In this document: one piece after another, positions 1-9,307 of the stretch
Layout: every line of letters starts with the position of its first letter
How positions within the stretch are numbered: the stretch's first letter is position 1
DNA from: Bacteroidales bacterium
GTDB taxonomy: Bacteria; Bacteroidota; Bacteroidia; Bacteroidales; VadinHA17
Direction: 5' to 3'
NCBI GenBank assembly: GCA_035541795.1
Contig: DATKMR010000001.1
Span: 67,532 to 131,531, forward strand
DNA length: 64,000 bases
Translations under genes and position numbers: made by a program
The notes under the pieces: generated by a model
Seen by the model: the letters and a program-made list of their open reading frames with translations, nothing else
Told to the model about the DNA's origin: nothing
Database searches by the model: none

Positions 1-84
1 GAAAAGTGTCTCAAATTCCCTGATGTCACCTTGTCTGATCCTCCCTATTATTTCAGATTCCCTGATCATATCTGACCTTACGGT

Positions 85-1386
85 TTATTTCTGCCTGTCG
101 CTGAACTTGACCTTTCTTGCAAGCCTGTGTATTGCAGATTCAATGCTCTGGTCGGGTTCGATCACATTGTAATCACCCCAGAACTGCGGATCGGCGAACG
201 CGGAGACTTCTTCAAGAAAGATATCCGAAAACTTCATCTTGTCCTTGTTTGCAAATTTAATAACTTCCTGGTCAGTTCTGTCTGTTACCGCCATTTCCGA
301 CATTGTCGTGAAGTTGGTATGGAACAGTCTCTTCTTCCAGTTAACCTTGAATTTTACTTCTGCTCTCGAGTAGGTGAAATACCACTTGGTGTCCTGCATA
401 CGGTACTTTACGAGGTATGTTGCAACATCGGGGGTAACTTCAACTCCAAGGGGTTTTTTCTTGATAAAGAGAGAAGTAGCTTCCTCCTTGTTTGAAAGGT
501 TGAACCCGAATTCGGCCTGGGCGAGGGCAAAGGTCTTTGTGTCGATAAAAAGCTTGCCCATGAATAACGGGATCTCGACACTTGGCTTCTGCAGGAACTC
601 TACAACGTAGTTCGGCCTGCCGTCAATTTCCACAACACCGGTAAGTTTATAGTCGTAGTATTTCATCGACTCCTGGGTGAGGATCTGTTCGGGGTTCTTT
701 ACGATATCGAGCTGCAACGAGGTTACTGGCCCACCCTGTAGCTTAAAGAGAAGTGTATCGACCTTTTCCGTATCAACATTCTTTCTGCCCTTGTAGATCC
801 TGGTCCCGTCGAAACGGAGAGCATTGCTGTAGGGAGCCTTGAAGATCTCTACGAGTGCTTCGCCGATACTTACATAGGTCCTGTTCTTCCTGATAGTTTC
901 ACGGTAAAACGCCGTCATGAGGTTTGGAACGGTAGCGTAGTTCTTGCCTATCTCGGCTACCATCTTCTGGACAATATCATCGGGCATTATGGGTTTGACG
1001 ACTATTTCCTGGATAGGAATCGGGGCCGACTCCAGCTCTATCACATTCTTGTAGCCGTTGTCCCTCATATCCGACAGTGGCAGGGTCTTGTTCTTGTAAC
1101 CCAGGAACACGAACTCAAGGTTCTTTGAGGCTGCAAGATCCGTGACCTTGATTAAAAATTCACCATCAATATTGGTAACGGTTGCGACGTTGGTTTCCTT
1201 TACAACTACAGATGCAAATACGAGCGGAGCTCTTGTATCCTTGTCGATAACCTTTCCCCTGATGGTAAGCACATCCTGCGGGTTGCCTTTCCTTCTTTCG
1301 GGGGAAGGAACCGCAATTGCAGCCTGAACTGCGAATAACATCAGCAGAACGGCTGCGGTTACTGAGATTTTATTAAATTTTTTCAT
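85..1386 (-). CDS. secreted CarboxypepD_reg-like domain protein (DUF5686-like)
   Basis: 433-aa ORF with a signal peptide (MKKFNKISVTAAVLLMLFAVQA). The segment 'IRGKVIDKDTRAPLVFASVVVKETNVATVTNIDGEFLIK' is the carboxypeptidase-regulatory-like beta-sandwich signature common in Bacteroidota. Confidence 0.6.
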   Translation of the reverse strand: MKKFNKISVTAAVLLMLFAVQAAIAVPSPERRKGNPQDVLTIRGKVIDKDTRAPLVFASVVVKETNVATVTNIDGEFLIKVTDLAASKNLEFVFLGYKNKTLPLSDMRDNGYKNVIELESAPIPIQEIVVKPIMPDDIVQKMVAEIGKNYATVPNLMTAFYRETIRKNRTYVSIGEALVEIFKAPYSNALRFDGTRIYKGRKNVDTEKVDTLLFKLQGGPVTSLQLDIVKNPEQILTQESMKYYDYKLTGVVEIDGRPNYVVEFLQKPSVEIPLFMGKLFIDTKTFALAQAEFGFNLSNKEEATSLFIKKKPLGVEVTPDVATYLVKYRMQDTKWYFTYSRAEVKFKVNWKKRLFHTNFTTMSEMAVTDRTDQEVIKFANKDKMKFSDIFLEEVSAFADPQFWGDYNVIEPDQSIESAIHRLARKVKFSDRQK

Positions 1387-1509
1387 GGCATTGAATATTA
1401 AAAGGTAAAAACTTAAAAACTATTTTCTTTTCAACTCTATGACCGGATGTATTGTTCAGTACCCTATATCAAAAACAAAAATTTTATAAATTGACAGTGC
1501 ATTTCAGTC

Positions 1510-2484
1510 ATGAGCAATCTGGCATTTAAAAAGTACTTCGGGGCGTTCCTCGGGGCAGTCGCCTATCCGGCGAGCCTTATTAGGAACCGGGCTGTATTAT
1601 GGGGAATGCCGCCTTCCATAGCCGTTGAACTGACAAACTGCTGTAACCTTGCCTGCCCCGAATGCCTGTCGGGCTCGGGCGAAATGACTAGAAAAAAAGG
1701 TTATATCGACCTCCTGCTTTTCAGAAAGATATTCGAAGGGGACCCGGGTTTTCTTGAAGCATTGCTCTATTTCCAGGGAGAGCCGATGTTGCATCCGGGT
1801 TTTTTCCAGCTCATTTCCGTCCCGGTATCCGCCAGGATGACGATATCGACAAACGGACACTTTATTGATCGTGCAAATGCCGAAAAACTGTCTCTTTCAA
1901 ACCTGGGTAAGGTAATCGTGTCTCTCGACGGGATGGATAACCAGACTTACACTAAATACAGGAGGAACGGGAACATCGGCAGGGTGATGGGTGGAATCAG
2001 GGAGCTGAGCCAGGCGATCGGAAGGAACAAATCGGCGCTTAAGGTTGAGATACAGTTCCTTGTGAACAGGCATAATGAATCACAGGTAGCTGACGCCAGG
2101 AGGTTCGCGAAGGAAATGAAATGCAGGTTCAGTCTTAAGTCTATGCAGGTTATACATCCCGGGATGGCAGAGTGCTGGATGCCTGAGGATGAAAAGTTCA
2201 GAAGATACAGGAAGTCGGATGGCCAGTTAGTAGTGAAAAGCTCACTCCCATCAAGGTGCTCGAGGCTGTGGTTCAGTCCGGTGGTGACATGGGACGGGAT
2301 CGTTGTCCCATGCTGCTTCGACAAGGATGCTTCATACGCGATGGGCGACCTGAATAAAAATACCTTCAGGGAGATATGGTATGGCGAGAAGTTCATGAAT
2401 TTCAGGGACGAGGTCCTGCGAAACAGGAGAAATATCGCGATATGCAGGAACTGTACAAGCGGGCTGAGGGGTGCGAAATACTGA
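1510..2484 (+). CDS. radical SAM / SPASM domain protein
   Basis: 324-aa ORF. CxxxCxxC cluster motif in 'VELTNCCNLACPECLSG'. C-terminal Cys-rich SPASM-like segment 'CSRLWFSPVVTWDGIVVPCCFDKD...CRNCTSG'. Confidence 0.8.
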   Translation: MSNLAFKKYFGAFLGAVAYPASLIRNRAVLWGMPPSIAVELTNCCNLACPECLSGSGEMTRKKGYIDLLLFRKIFEGDPGFLEALLYFQGEPMLHPGFFQLISVPVSARMTISTNGHFIDRANAEKLSLSNLGKVIVSLDGMDNQTYTKYRRNGNIGRVMGGIRELSQAIGRNKSALKVEIQFLVNRHNESQVADARRFAKEMKCRFSLKSMQVIHPGMAECWMPEDEKFRRYRKSDGQLVVKSSLPSRCSRLWFSPVVTWDGIVVPCCFDKDASYAMGDLNKNTFREIWYGEKFMNFRDEVLRNRRNIAICRNCTSGLRGAKY

Positions 2485-2558
2485 AACTGGCTTAAGGTTC
2501 AGGTTGATAGAATTATATTCAGAATATCGTATCTTTCATAAACTTTAATCTTAATCTT

Positions 2559-4952
2559 ATGAAAATCCTGAGGATCATAATTTATGGACTGGCAGTTTTG
2601 CTGGTAATCATTATTGCCGGGGGATTTATTTTCATTTCCGGTATCAGACATAGCGGCAGACCAAGGTACAGCGGAGAACTTGAACTCAAGGGACTTAATT
2701 CAGGGGTGACGGTTTACCGCGACGAAAGAGGCGTTCCGCATATATATGCAAAGGATGAACACGATCTCTACTTTGCCGTAGGCTATGTGATGGCCCAGGA
2801 GAGGCTCTGGCAGATGGACCTGATCCGCAGGGCCACAACAGGCAGGCTATCGGAGATATTCGGGAAAGACTTTGTAAATACAGATCTTTTCCTCCGCAGC
2901 CTCGATATGACAAATAAGTCGAAACTGGTAATACAGGAAGCTGATCCCACGGTACTGGTAGCAATGAAAGCCTATTGCGACGGGGTTAACAGCTACATTG
3001 CTATGGCCGGCAAAAAGCTTCCCCCGGAATTCAGGATTCTGTCGTACACACCAGAACCATGGAAGCTGGAGGATCAGGCCAACATAATCGGCTATATGGG
3101 CTGGGATCTAGCCAAGGAAAACCTTAACGCCGACATTGAGAATTACAGGCTAGTGAAAAAATTCGGTGTTGATAAGGCAAATGAGCTCATTCCCGACTGG
3201 AAGGCAGTTTCTGCTTATGTGTTCCCTGAATTCAAACTCGACAATGCCACGCTGAAAAAAGCCGAGGAGTTGTTTAAATCGTTCGATAAGCTTGAGTCGA
3301 AAGGTATTACAACATTCACCGGCAGCAATAACTGGGCAGTTGCAGGGAGGAAGACCTGGACGGGAAAACCGGTTATGTCGAACGACATGCATCTCGGCCT
3401 GTCTTCCCCGGGGATATGGATACAGATGCACGAGGTCGTGCCTGGCAAGCTGAATGTTACCGGAGTGGTTGTCCCGGGCCAGCCCTTTGTCGTTGCCGGT
3501 CATAACGAGAGGATAGCATGGGGAGAGACTAACCTGATGGTCGATGATATTGATCTTTACATGGAAAAGATCAACCCGGCAGATTCCAACCAGTATTTCT
3601 TCAACGGGAGCTGGAAAAACATGCTTGTCCGTGAAGAGATCATCAAAATTAAAGGAGGAACCGAGGTAAGGAAAAAGCTGCGATTCACACACCGGGGCCC
3701 GGTAATTTCGGGGTTCAGGAACGTTGATGATGCTGTGCTGACAATGAGATGGTCGGGATATGACAAAAGCGATGAGATAAAGGCGGTTTATCTTCTTAAC
3801 AGGGCCTCCAACTGGCAGGATTTCAGAACGGCAATCAGCTCGTTCCGCTCTGTCAGCCAGAATTTTGTTTATGCTGATGTTGATGGCAATATTGGTCTGA
3901 ATACAGGGGGAGCCATTCCGCTGAGGAAGGGCAACGGGACCATAATCAGGAATGGCGAGACATCTGAGTTCGATTGGAAGGGATACGTCCCGTTTGAACA
4001 GCTTCCATCGAGCTTTAATCCTGATACCGGCTACGTTTCTTCGGCAAACAACAGGACCGTAACGGTCGATTACCCGTACTTTATCAGCGCGGAATTTGTG
4101 ATGCCGTTCAGGATCAACAGGATAAGGCAGATGCTGAATGAGAAGCAGAAGTTTGATATTGAAGATTTTAAACGGATGATAACCGATCAGCATTCCAACT
4201 ATGCTGCAATGCTGACACCATTCATTCTGAAGCTGGAACCTCATGAGAATGATTTTAACCCACTTGAGAAAGCTGCATTTGAAACACTCAAAGGCTGGGA
4301 TTATGATATGAACAAGGACCAGGTTGCCCCCTCGGTATTCGAGATCTTTCATTTTAAGCTCCAGGATAATCTTCTTGCTGACGAGCTGGGGGACCTGTAT
4401 CGTGGATTGGATTTTACCTATCGCGATTACTATGTTTACAGGATTCTCACCAGCGGTCCGGACGAATGGGTAGATGACATAAGTACTCCCGGAAAGGAAA
4501 CCCTCGATGATATCATGCTGAAGAGTTTTAAAGGTACTGTTTCCTACCTGTCGGGAAAATATGGGAGCGATATTTCGGGATGGAAATGGGGCGACCTGCA
4601 TAAGATCAGGCTCGTGCATCCTCTCTCGTCAGTTAAAATTCTCGACAGGGCCTTCTCGCTTAACTCGCGGTTGTACAGGATCGGCGGTTCAGATCATACT
4701 GTTGCCCCGTATTCTTACGACAGCACAATGATTGCCAACCATGGGGCCTCAGAAAGGCATATCTTCAACACTGCAGACTGGGACGAATCCCTTACAGTCA
4801 TACCTACCGGTAACTCGGGCGTCCCGGGGACGGAGTTTTACCTTTCGCAGCTTGAGACCTACCTCGACGGCAAGTTTTACAAGGATCATTTTTCTGAACA
4901 GGCTGTGAAATCAAACGTCAGGTATACTCTCCGCCTTATCCCCGGTAAATAA
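2559..4952 (+). CDS. penicillin acylase family protein (Ntn hydrolase), N-terminally membrane anchored
   Basis: 797-aa ORF with an N-terminal TM helix. It has the family-typical 'VYRDERGVPHIYAKDEHDLYFAVGYVMAQERLWQMD' and the nucleophile context 'TGSNNWAV'. Confidence 0.85.
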   Translation: MKILRIIIYGLAVLLVIIIAGGFIFISGIRHSGRPRYSGELELKGLNSGVTVYRDERGVPHIYAKDEHDLYFAVGYVMAQERLWQMDLIRRATTGRLSEIFGKDFVNTDLFLRSLDMTNKSKLVIQEADPTVLVAMKAYCDGVNSYIAMAGKKLPPEFRILSYTPEPWKLEDQANIIGYMGWDLAKENLNADIENYRLVKKFGVDKANELIPDWKAVSAYVFPEFKLDNATLKKAEELFKSFDKLESKGITTFTGSNNWAVAGRKTWTGKPVMSNDMHLGLSSPGIWIQMHEVVPGKLNVTGVVVPGQPFVVAGHNERIAWGETNLMVDDIDLYMEKINPADSNQYFFNGSWKNMLVREEIIKIKGGTEVRKKLRFTHRGPVISGFRNVDDAVLTMRWSGYDKSDEIKAVYLLNRASNWQDFRTAISSFRSVSQNFVYADVDGNIGLNTGGAIPLRKGNGTIIRNGETSEFDWKGYVPFEQLPSSFNPDTGYVSSANNRTVTVDYPYFISAEFVMPFRINRIRQMLNEKQKFDIEDFKRMITDQHSNYAAMLTPFILKLEPHENDFNPLEKAAFETLKGWDYDMNKDQVAPSVFEIFHFKLQDNLLADELGDLYRGLDFTYRDYYVYRILTSGPDEWVDDISTPGKETLDDIMLKSFKGTVSYLSGKYGSDISGWKWGDLHKIRLVHPLSSVKILDRAFSLNSRLYRIGGSDHTVAPYSYDSTMIANHGASERHIFNTADWDESLTVIPTGNSGVPGTEFYLSQLETYLDGKFYKDHFSEQAVKSNVRYTLRLIPGK

Positions 4953-5012
4953 AGAGAGTACCCTCTGAAATATCGGTAAGCTCTCCGCGTGTAAATGATA
5001 ATGTCAAAAAAG

Positions 5013-5049
5013 AAACAGGCCGGTATTAGCCGGCCTGTTTCAATTTTTT
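5013..5049. terminator. bidirectional rho-independent terminator between the acylase gene (+) and frr (-)
   Basis: Perfect 11-bp stem AAACAGGCCGG / CCGGCCTGTTT (5013-5023 / 5030-5040) with a 6-nt loop. It is flanked by an A-run upstream and a T-run (5044-5049) downstream. Confidence 0.75.
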
Positions 5050-5060
5050 ACTGTAAATAC

Positions 5061-5624
5061 TTATACAGTCATTATATCTTTCTCCTTCTGGGTCACAACC
5101 TTATCTACCTTGATTGAGAAATCGTTGGTCATCTCCTGTATCTTCTCGATACCGTTTTTTTCAAGGTCCTCGGGCATTCCTTCCTTAAGGAGGTTCTTCA
5201 GTTCGTCATTAGCCCATTTACGTGAGTTACGGATGCTGATCTTGGCAGTTTCACCCTCGTTTCTGACCTGTTTTACCAGCTGGTGCCTTCTCTCTTCCGT
5301 GAGAGGGGGCACATTGATACGGATAATTTCACCGTTATTAACAGGTGTGAGTCCGATATTGGCCGCGAGGATAGCTTTTTCAATCGTGCCCAGCATGGTT
5401 TTTTCCCATGGCTGGATCAGTATGGATTTGGCATCGGGAGTGTTAATGTTTGATACCTGGTTAAGCGGGGAGTTAACCCCGTAATAATCGACAGTGATGC
5501 CGTCGAGGAGGGCAGGTGTGGCCCTGCCGGCCCTGAGATGTGCAAGCTCATGCTCGAGATGCTCGATTGCCTTCTCCATCCTGTCTTTAGTCTCTTCGAT
5601 TACCAGTTCAAGTTCTTCGTTCAT
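5061..5624 (-). CDS. frr: ribosome recycling factor
   Basis: 187-aa ORF, full-length family resemblance ('HLRAGRATPALLDGITVDYYG', 'INVPPLTEERR'). It lies directly downstream of pyrH. Confidence 0.95.
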   Translation of the reverse strand: MNEELELVIEETKDRMEKAIEHLEHELAHLRAGRATPALLDGITVDYYGVNSPLNQVSNINTPDAKSILIQPWEKTMLGTIEKAILAANIGLTPVNNGEIIRINVPPLTEERRHQLVKQVRNEGETAKISIRNSRKWANDELKNLLKEGMPEDLEKNGIEKIQEMTNDFSIKVDKVVTQKEKDIMTV

Positions 5625-5701
5625 TTCTTTGGAATTGAAAGTGTTTAACTGTCAAAAGGCAAACAAATTTAAAAAAATAGCAGGAAAATCAAAGCCTGTA
5701 A

Positions 5702-6406
5702 TCAATTTACAAGAGTTCCGCATTTTTCACCCTTAACAACCTTCAGGAGATTTCCCCTCGAATTCATGTCAAAAACAATAATCGGCATGTTATTGTCGCG
5801 GCACATCGTGAAGGCAGTGGAGTCCATCACCTGCAGTCGTTTTTCGATAACTTCCGCGAATGATATCTTCTCAAACCTGGTTGCGTTCGGATCCTTCTCC
5901 GGGTCAGCGGTATAAACGCCATCAACTCTTGTTCCCTTGAGCAGGACATTTGCCGAGATCTCGACGGCCCTCAACGCGGAGGCGGTATCTGTTGTAAAGA
6001 AGGGGTTACCGGTCCCGCCGGCAATGATACAAACACACTTATTCCTGAGCAGCTCAGCGACCCTGTCCCTGTTATACAATTCCCCGACAGGCTCCATCCT
6101 GATTGAGGTAAAGACTTTCGCGTCACATCCGAGGTTCCTTATCTCGCTTTCAAGTGCAAGGCTGTTTATGACTGTAGCGAGCATGCCCATCTGGTCGCCC
6201 TTGACCCTGTCGAATCCCGACTGCGTGCCGCTTAATCCCCTGAAGATGTTCCCGCCGCCTATTACAACGGCTACTTCACAGCCGAGCCTGGCAACCTCGA
6301 TTATCTGTTCGGAATACCCTGTAAGCACATTTTTGGATATGCCATGAGAGCTGTTTCCCATCAGCGCTTCACCGCTCAGCTTCAGAAGAATCCTTGTATA
6401 TTTCAT
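5702..6406 (-). CDS. pyrH: UMP kinase
   Basis: 234-aa ORF. N-terminal amino-acid-kinase motif 'ILLKLSGEALMG' and 'VVIGGGNIFRG'. pyrH-frr gene order. Confidence 0.93.
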   Translation of the reverse strand: MKYTRILLKLSGEALMGNSSHGISKNVLTGYSEQIIEVARLGCEVAVVIGGGNIFRGLSGTQSGFDRVKGDQMGMLATVINSLALESEIRNLGCDAKVFTSIRMEPVGELYNRDRVAELLRNKCVCIIAGGTGNPFFTTDTASALRAVEISANVLLKGTRVDGVYTADPEKDPNATRFEKISFAEVIEKRLQVMDSTAFTMCRDNNMPIIVFDMNSRGNLLKVVKGEKCGTLVN

Positions 6407-6492
6407 TTCTTACATCTTTTAAGAAAATTCCTGGCCGGGTTTTCCGGCCAGGAATGGATTTTGAACAGAACTGTCTGTTTTATTGCTGTTTT

Positions 6493-7515
6493 TCAGCTTT
6501 TCTCAATTTCCTTCCAGACAAGGGCGCTGGCACCAAGAATGGCTGCCGAGCTTTCCTTGAGTTTTGAAGGGAGGATCTTGACTTTATTGCGGAAGACAGG
6601 CATCAGGTGACGTTCCATGCTTTCCTTGGTCGGCTTGAAGATATAGTCGCCTGCGGCAGCAGCTCCTCCGAAGAGGAATATTGCCTCGGGGCTGATATAA
6701 TGAACTGTATCGGCCAGTGCACGTCCCAGTATCTCACCTGTTATCTGGAATACCTCAAGGGCAACGGCATCGCCTTTTTCAGCGGCATCGAACACCACTT
6801 TTGATGACATTTCGTTCATCGGGATGTCCGAAAGCGGACTGTTGGCAGGGTTGTATTTTGCGAGGAGCTCGTAAACCGTACGCTTAATCCCGGTGGCAGA
6901 GCAATAAGCCTCGAGGTGGCCATGCCCGCCGCAACCGCAAAGACGCCCTCCCGGAACCACCGTAACATGACCGCATTCACCTGCAAAGCCATCGGCGCCG
7001 TATACAAGGTCGCCGTTGACAATGAGCCCGCTTCCCAGGCCGGTACCAATTGTCATCATTGCAAAGTTCTTCATACCCTTTGCCCCGCCGTAAATCATCT
7101 CACCCAGGGCAGCGGCATTGGCATCGTTCGTGAGCTTTACATATTTGATACCGGGAAAATTCTTCTGCACCATCGAGGCAAATTGCACAACACCCACGAA
7201 CGGAAGGTTTGGTGCATATTCAATAGTACCGCTGTAATAGTTTGCATTCGGGGCTCCGATCCCGATACCCATCACCTCAATCTGTGGATTGATCTGTTTT
7301 ACAGTCTCGATGGCTTTTTTAATCTCGACTGTCAGGTCGGAGATATATTTTGTCAGGATGGCATCAGATACCGCCTGCGTCATATTGGGATTCTCCTTTT
7401 TCTGCGGAGTTGGCATCTGCGGTTTTCTTTCATAAAGTACAACGCCTTCGCTGTCGACCACACCAATAGCGGTGTTTGTCCCGCCAATATCTATTCCTAT
7501 AGCTACTTTTTTCAT
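6493..7515 (-). CDS. ROK family sugar kinase (glucokinase-like)
   Basis: 340-aa ORF. 'GIDIGGTNTAIGVVD' ATP-binding motif and the ROK zinc motif 'CGCGGHGHLEAYCS'. Confidence 0.85.
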   Translation of the reverse strand: MKKVAIGIDIGGTNTAIGVVDSEGVVLYERKPQMPTPQKKENPNMTQAVSDAILTKYISDLTVEIKKAIETVKQINPQIEVMGIGIGAPNANYYSGTIEYAPNLPFVGVVQFASMVQKNFPGIKYVKLTNDANAAALGEMIYGGAKGMKNFAMMTIGTGLGSGLIVNGDLVYGADGFAGECGHVTVVPGGRLCGCGGHGHLEAYCSATGIKRTVYELLAKYNPANSPLSDIPMNEMSSKVVFDAAEKGDAVALEVFQITGEILGRALADTVHYISPEAIFLFGGAAAAGDYIFKPTKESMERHLMPVFRNKVKILPSKLKESSAAILGASALVWKEIEKS

Positions 7516-7536
7516 TTTCGGATTTATTACAGACTC

Positions 7537-8904
7537 TTACTTCCTGATCTTGCTTCCCTTAAGCGCAAAGAATATAATGTAAAGGTATGATACAAGCGGG
7601 ACGATAATTGCAATACGAACGGTGGCATGATCCGTAAACCAGCCCATAACCAGCGGGATAACCGAACCGCCTACGATAAGTGTATTGATGATGCCGGAGG
7701 CCATAGGCATTTCATTCTTGTCAAGATCCCTCACACTGAGTGCAAAGATGCTCGGGAACATTATTGAGTTGAAGAACCCGATCGAAAGAAGTGCCCAGAT
7801 TCCGACGTTGGCGCTGAGTACAGTTGCAGAAAAGACAAGTATTGCAGCAACCGAACCGAAGATTCCGAGAGCAACGTTCGTGCTTCCCCTGGAGAAATAT
7901 ATTGCAACGAAGTTGAGAAGGGCGATACCCAGGAAGATAAGACCGTTAACCGGCTGTGAGTTGAAGATGTATGCACCGTCCTTTATCTGCGAACTTGTTA
8001 CGATCCAGCCTACAAAAAAGGCGAGAATGATCACTGCACCTGAATAGAGGAATTTTTTGTTGTTTTCCATCGCGCTCAGGTTGATCGAGCCCAGGAAACG
8101 GCCTACCATTGCACCGCCCCAGTACATTGCAGCGAGCTTTGCAGCTTCACCGATCATCATGCCTGTCTGTTTAAGGTAGGGAACTATTGCAGTTGATATA
8201 CCGACTTCTGCTCCTACGTAGAAGAAAATTGCTATTGCACCAAGAAGAACGTGAACATGTTTCCAAATGCTCTTTCTTTCTCCCGCTTCCTCCTCGCTCA
8301 TGATAGCTGGAAGTTTCAGGAAAGCAATGATGACAGCAATAAGAATAACAAGTCCGCCGATGATCAGGAATGGAACCTGTACTGCTTTTGGCCCGAGTGC
8401 TATTGCAGCCGGGGTCAGTACCACCAGCCCGACAATGAAAGGAGCAACAGTTGTGGCAAGTCCGTTCAGGGCCTGTGCAAGGTTGAGCCTTGAAGATGCT
8501 GTTTTTTCTTCACCAAGTGCAGCCACGTAAGGGTTAGCGGCTGTCTGAAGGAACACAACACCCGTTGCCATTACGAATACTGCAAGCAGGAAGAATGTAT
8601 ATGAAGGAATGGCGACTGCCGGGTAAAACAGGAAACATCCGAGGGCAATTGAAAGAAGGCCGAGGATCAGCCCCATCTTATATCCTGTTTTCTTTATGAT
8701 TTTACCGCACAGGAAGGAAAATACGAAGTATGCAAAGAAGAAGACACCATTGACAAGGTTAGCCATAAAGTTGCTGAGATGGAATGTCGCCTGGACCTGG
8801 TCCTTCAATGCAATGTTGAAATTGGTGATGAACCCGAAAATGAAGAAGATCATCAGCATAAGGGTCATCCCCAGTTTTAAACTGCTATTCGATTGTGGTT
8901 TCAT
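7537..8904 (-). CDS. sugar MFS transporter (FucP/GluP-like)
   Basis: 455-aa polytopic ORF with about 12 TM helices. It ends 21 nt before the ROK kinase gene, so the two are probably co-transcribed. Confidence 0.8.
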   Translation of the reverse strand: MKPQSNSSLKLGMTLMLMIFFIFGFITNFNIALKDQVQATFHLSNFMANLVNGVFFFAYFVFSFLCGKIIKKTGYKMGLILGLLSIALGCFLFYPAVAIPSYTFFLLAVFVMATGVVFLQTAANPYVAALGEEKTASSRLNLAQALNGLATTVAPFIVGLVVLTPAAIALGPKAVQVPFLIIGGLVILIAVIIAFLKLPAIMSEEEAGERKSIWKHVHVLLGAIAIFFYVGAEVGISTAIVPYLKQTGMMIGEAAKLAAMYWGGAMVGRFLGSINLSAMENNKKFLYSGAVIILAFFVGWIVTSSQIKDGAYIFNSQPVNGLIFLGIALLNFVAIYFSRGSTNVALGIFGSVAAILVFSATVLSANVGIWALLSIGFFNSIMFPSIFALSVRDLDKNEMPMASGIINTLIVGGSVIPLVMGWFTDHATVRIAIIVPLVSYLYIIFFALKGSKIRK

Positions 8905-9255
8905 TTAGTGGATTTTAGGTTATGAATTGGACATTTGATTTGTAGTTTACATGAACAAATATAAAATTAATTGAATAATATTAACATGCTGCGTTTTCCT
9001 TTTGATAAAACAAAGATTCCTGTTAATGTTATTCTGATCCTTTCCAGGCCTGCCCTGGAGGGAAAGCATCAAAGCGACCCAAATAAGTTCAGGGAGTGTT
9101 TTAACCGAAATTATCAGATACCATCAGCTAAGACTGCGGAAACAGGAAGAGGCAGAATTTTCAGGCCGATCAGGCAGGTCAGCGCAGGTGGGCAATTGGA
9201 ATAAACCGGCACCTGGCAGGCAGAGGGGCCTGAAAGCCGGATGCCTGCAACTGAT

Positions 9256-9283
9256 AAAAAAAAGGTGGCCATTTACAGCCACC
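9256..9283 (-). terminator. rho-independent terminator of tsf
   Basis: Minus strand reads GGTGGC-(8 nt loop)-GCCACC followed by TTTTTTTT, about 25 nt after the tsf stop. Confidence 0.7.
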
Positions 9284-9307
9284 TCATTCATTATACAAAT
9301 ACTATAA

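Noticed and set aside
1-84. A possible partial gene at the left window edge.
   Set aside because: 84 nt is too short to evaluate, and no recognisable coding or RNA signal is present.
3150-4619. A 489-aa ORF antisense to the penicillin acylase gene. It is strikingly long for a chance ORF.
   Set aside because: Its codons are exactly aligned with the sense codons, since both are in register with positions divisible by 3. Antisense stops can therefore arise only from sense TTA, CTA or TCA codons, which this genome clearly avoids. The translated product is low-quality (Cys/His/Arg-rich, no motifs). It is a shadow ORF, not an overlapping gene.
8971-9204. A 77-aa ORF in the tsf / MFS spacer.
   Set aside because: It has no signal or motif, its composition is basic and odd, and it spans the helix-dense GC-rich segment. 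It is more likely non-coding, so the region is reported as a possible RNA element instead.
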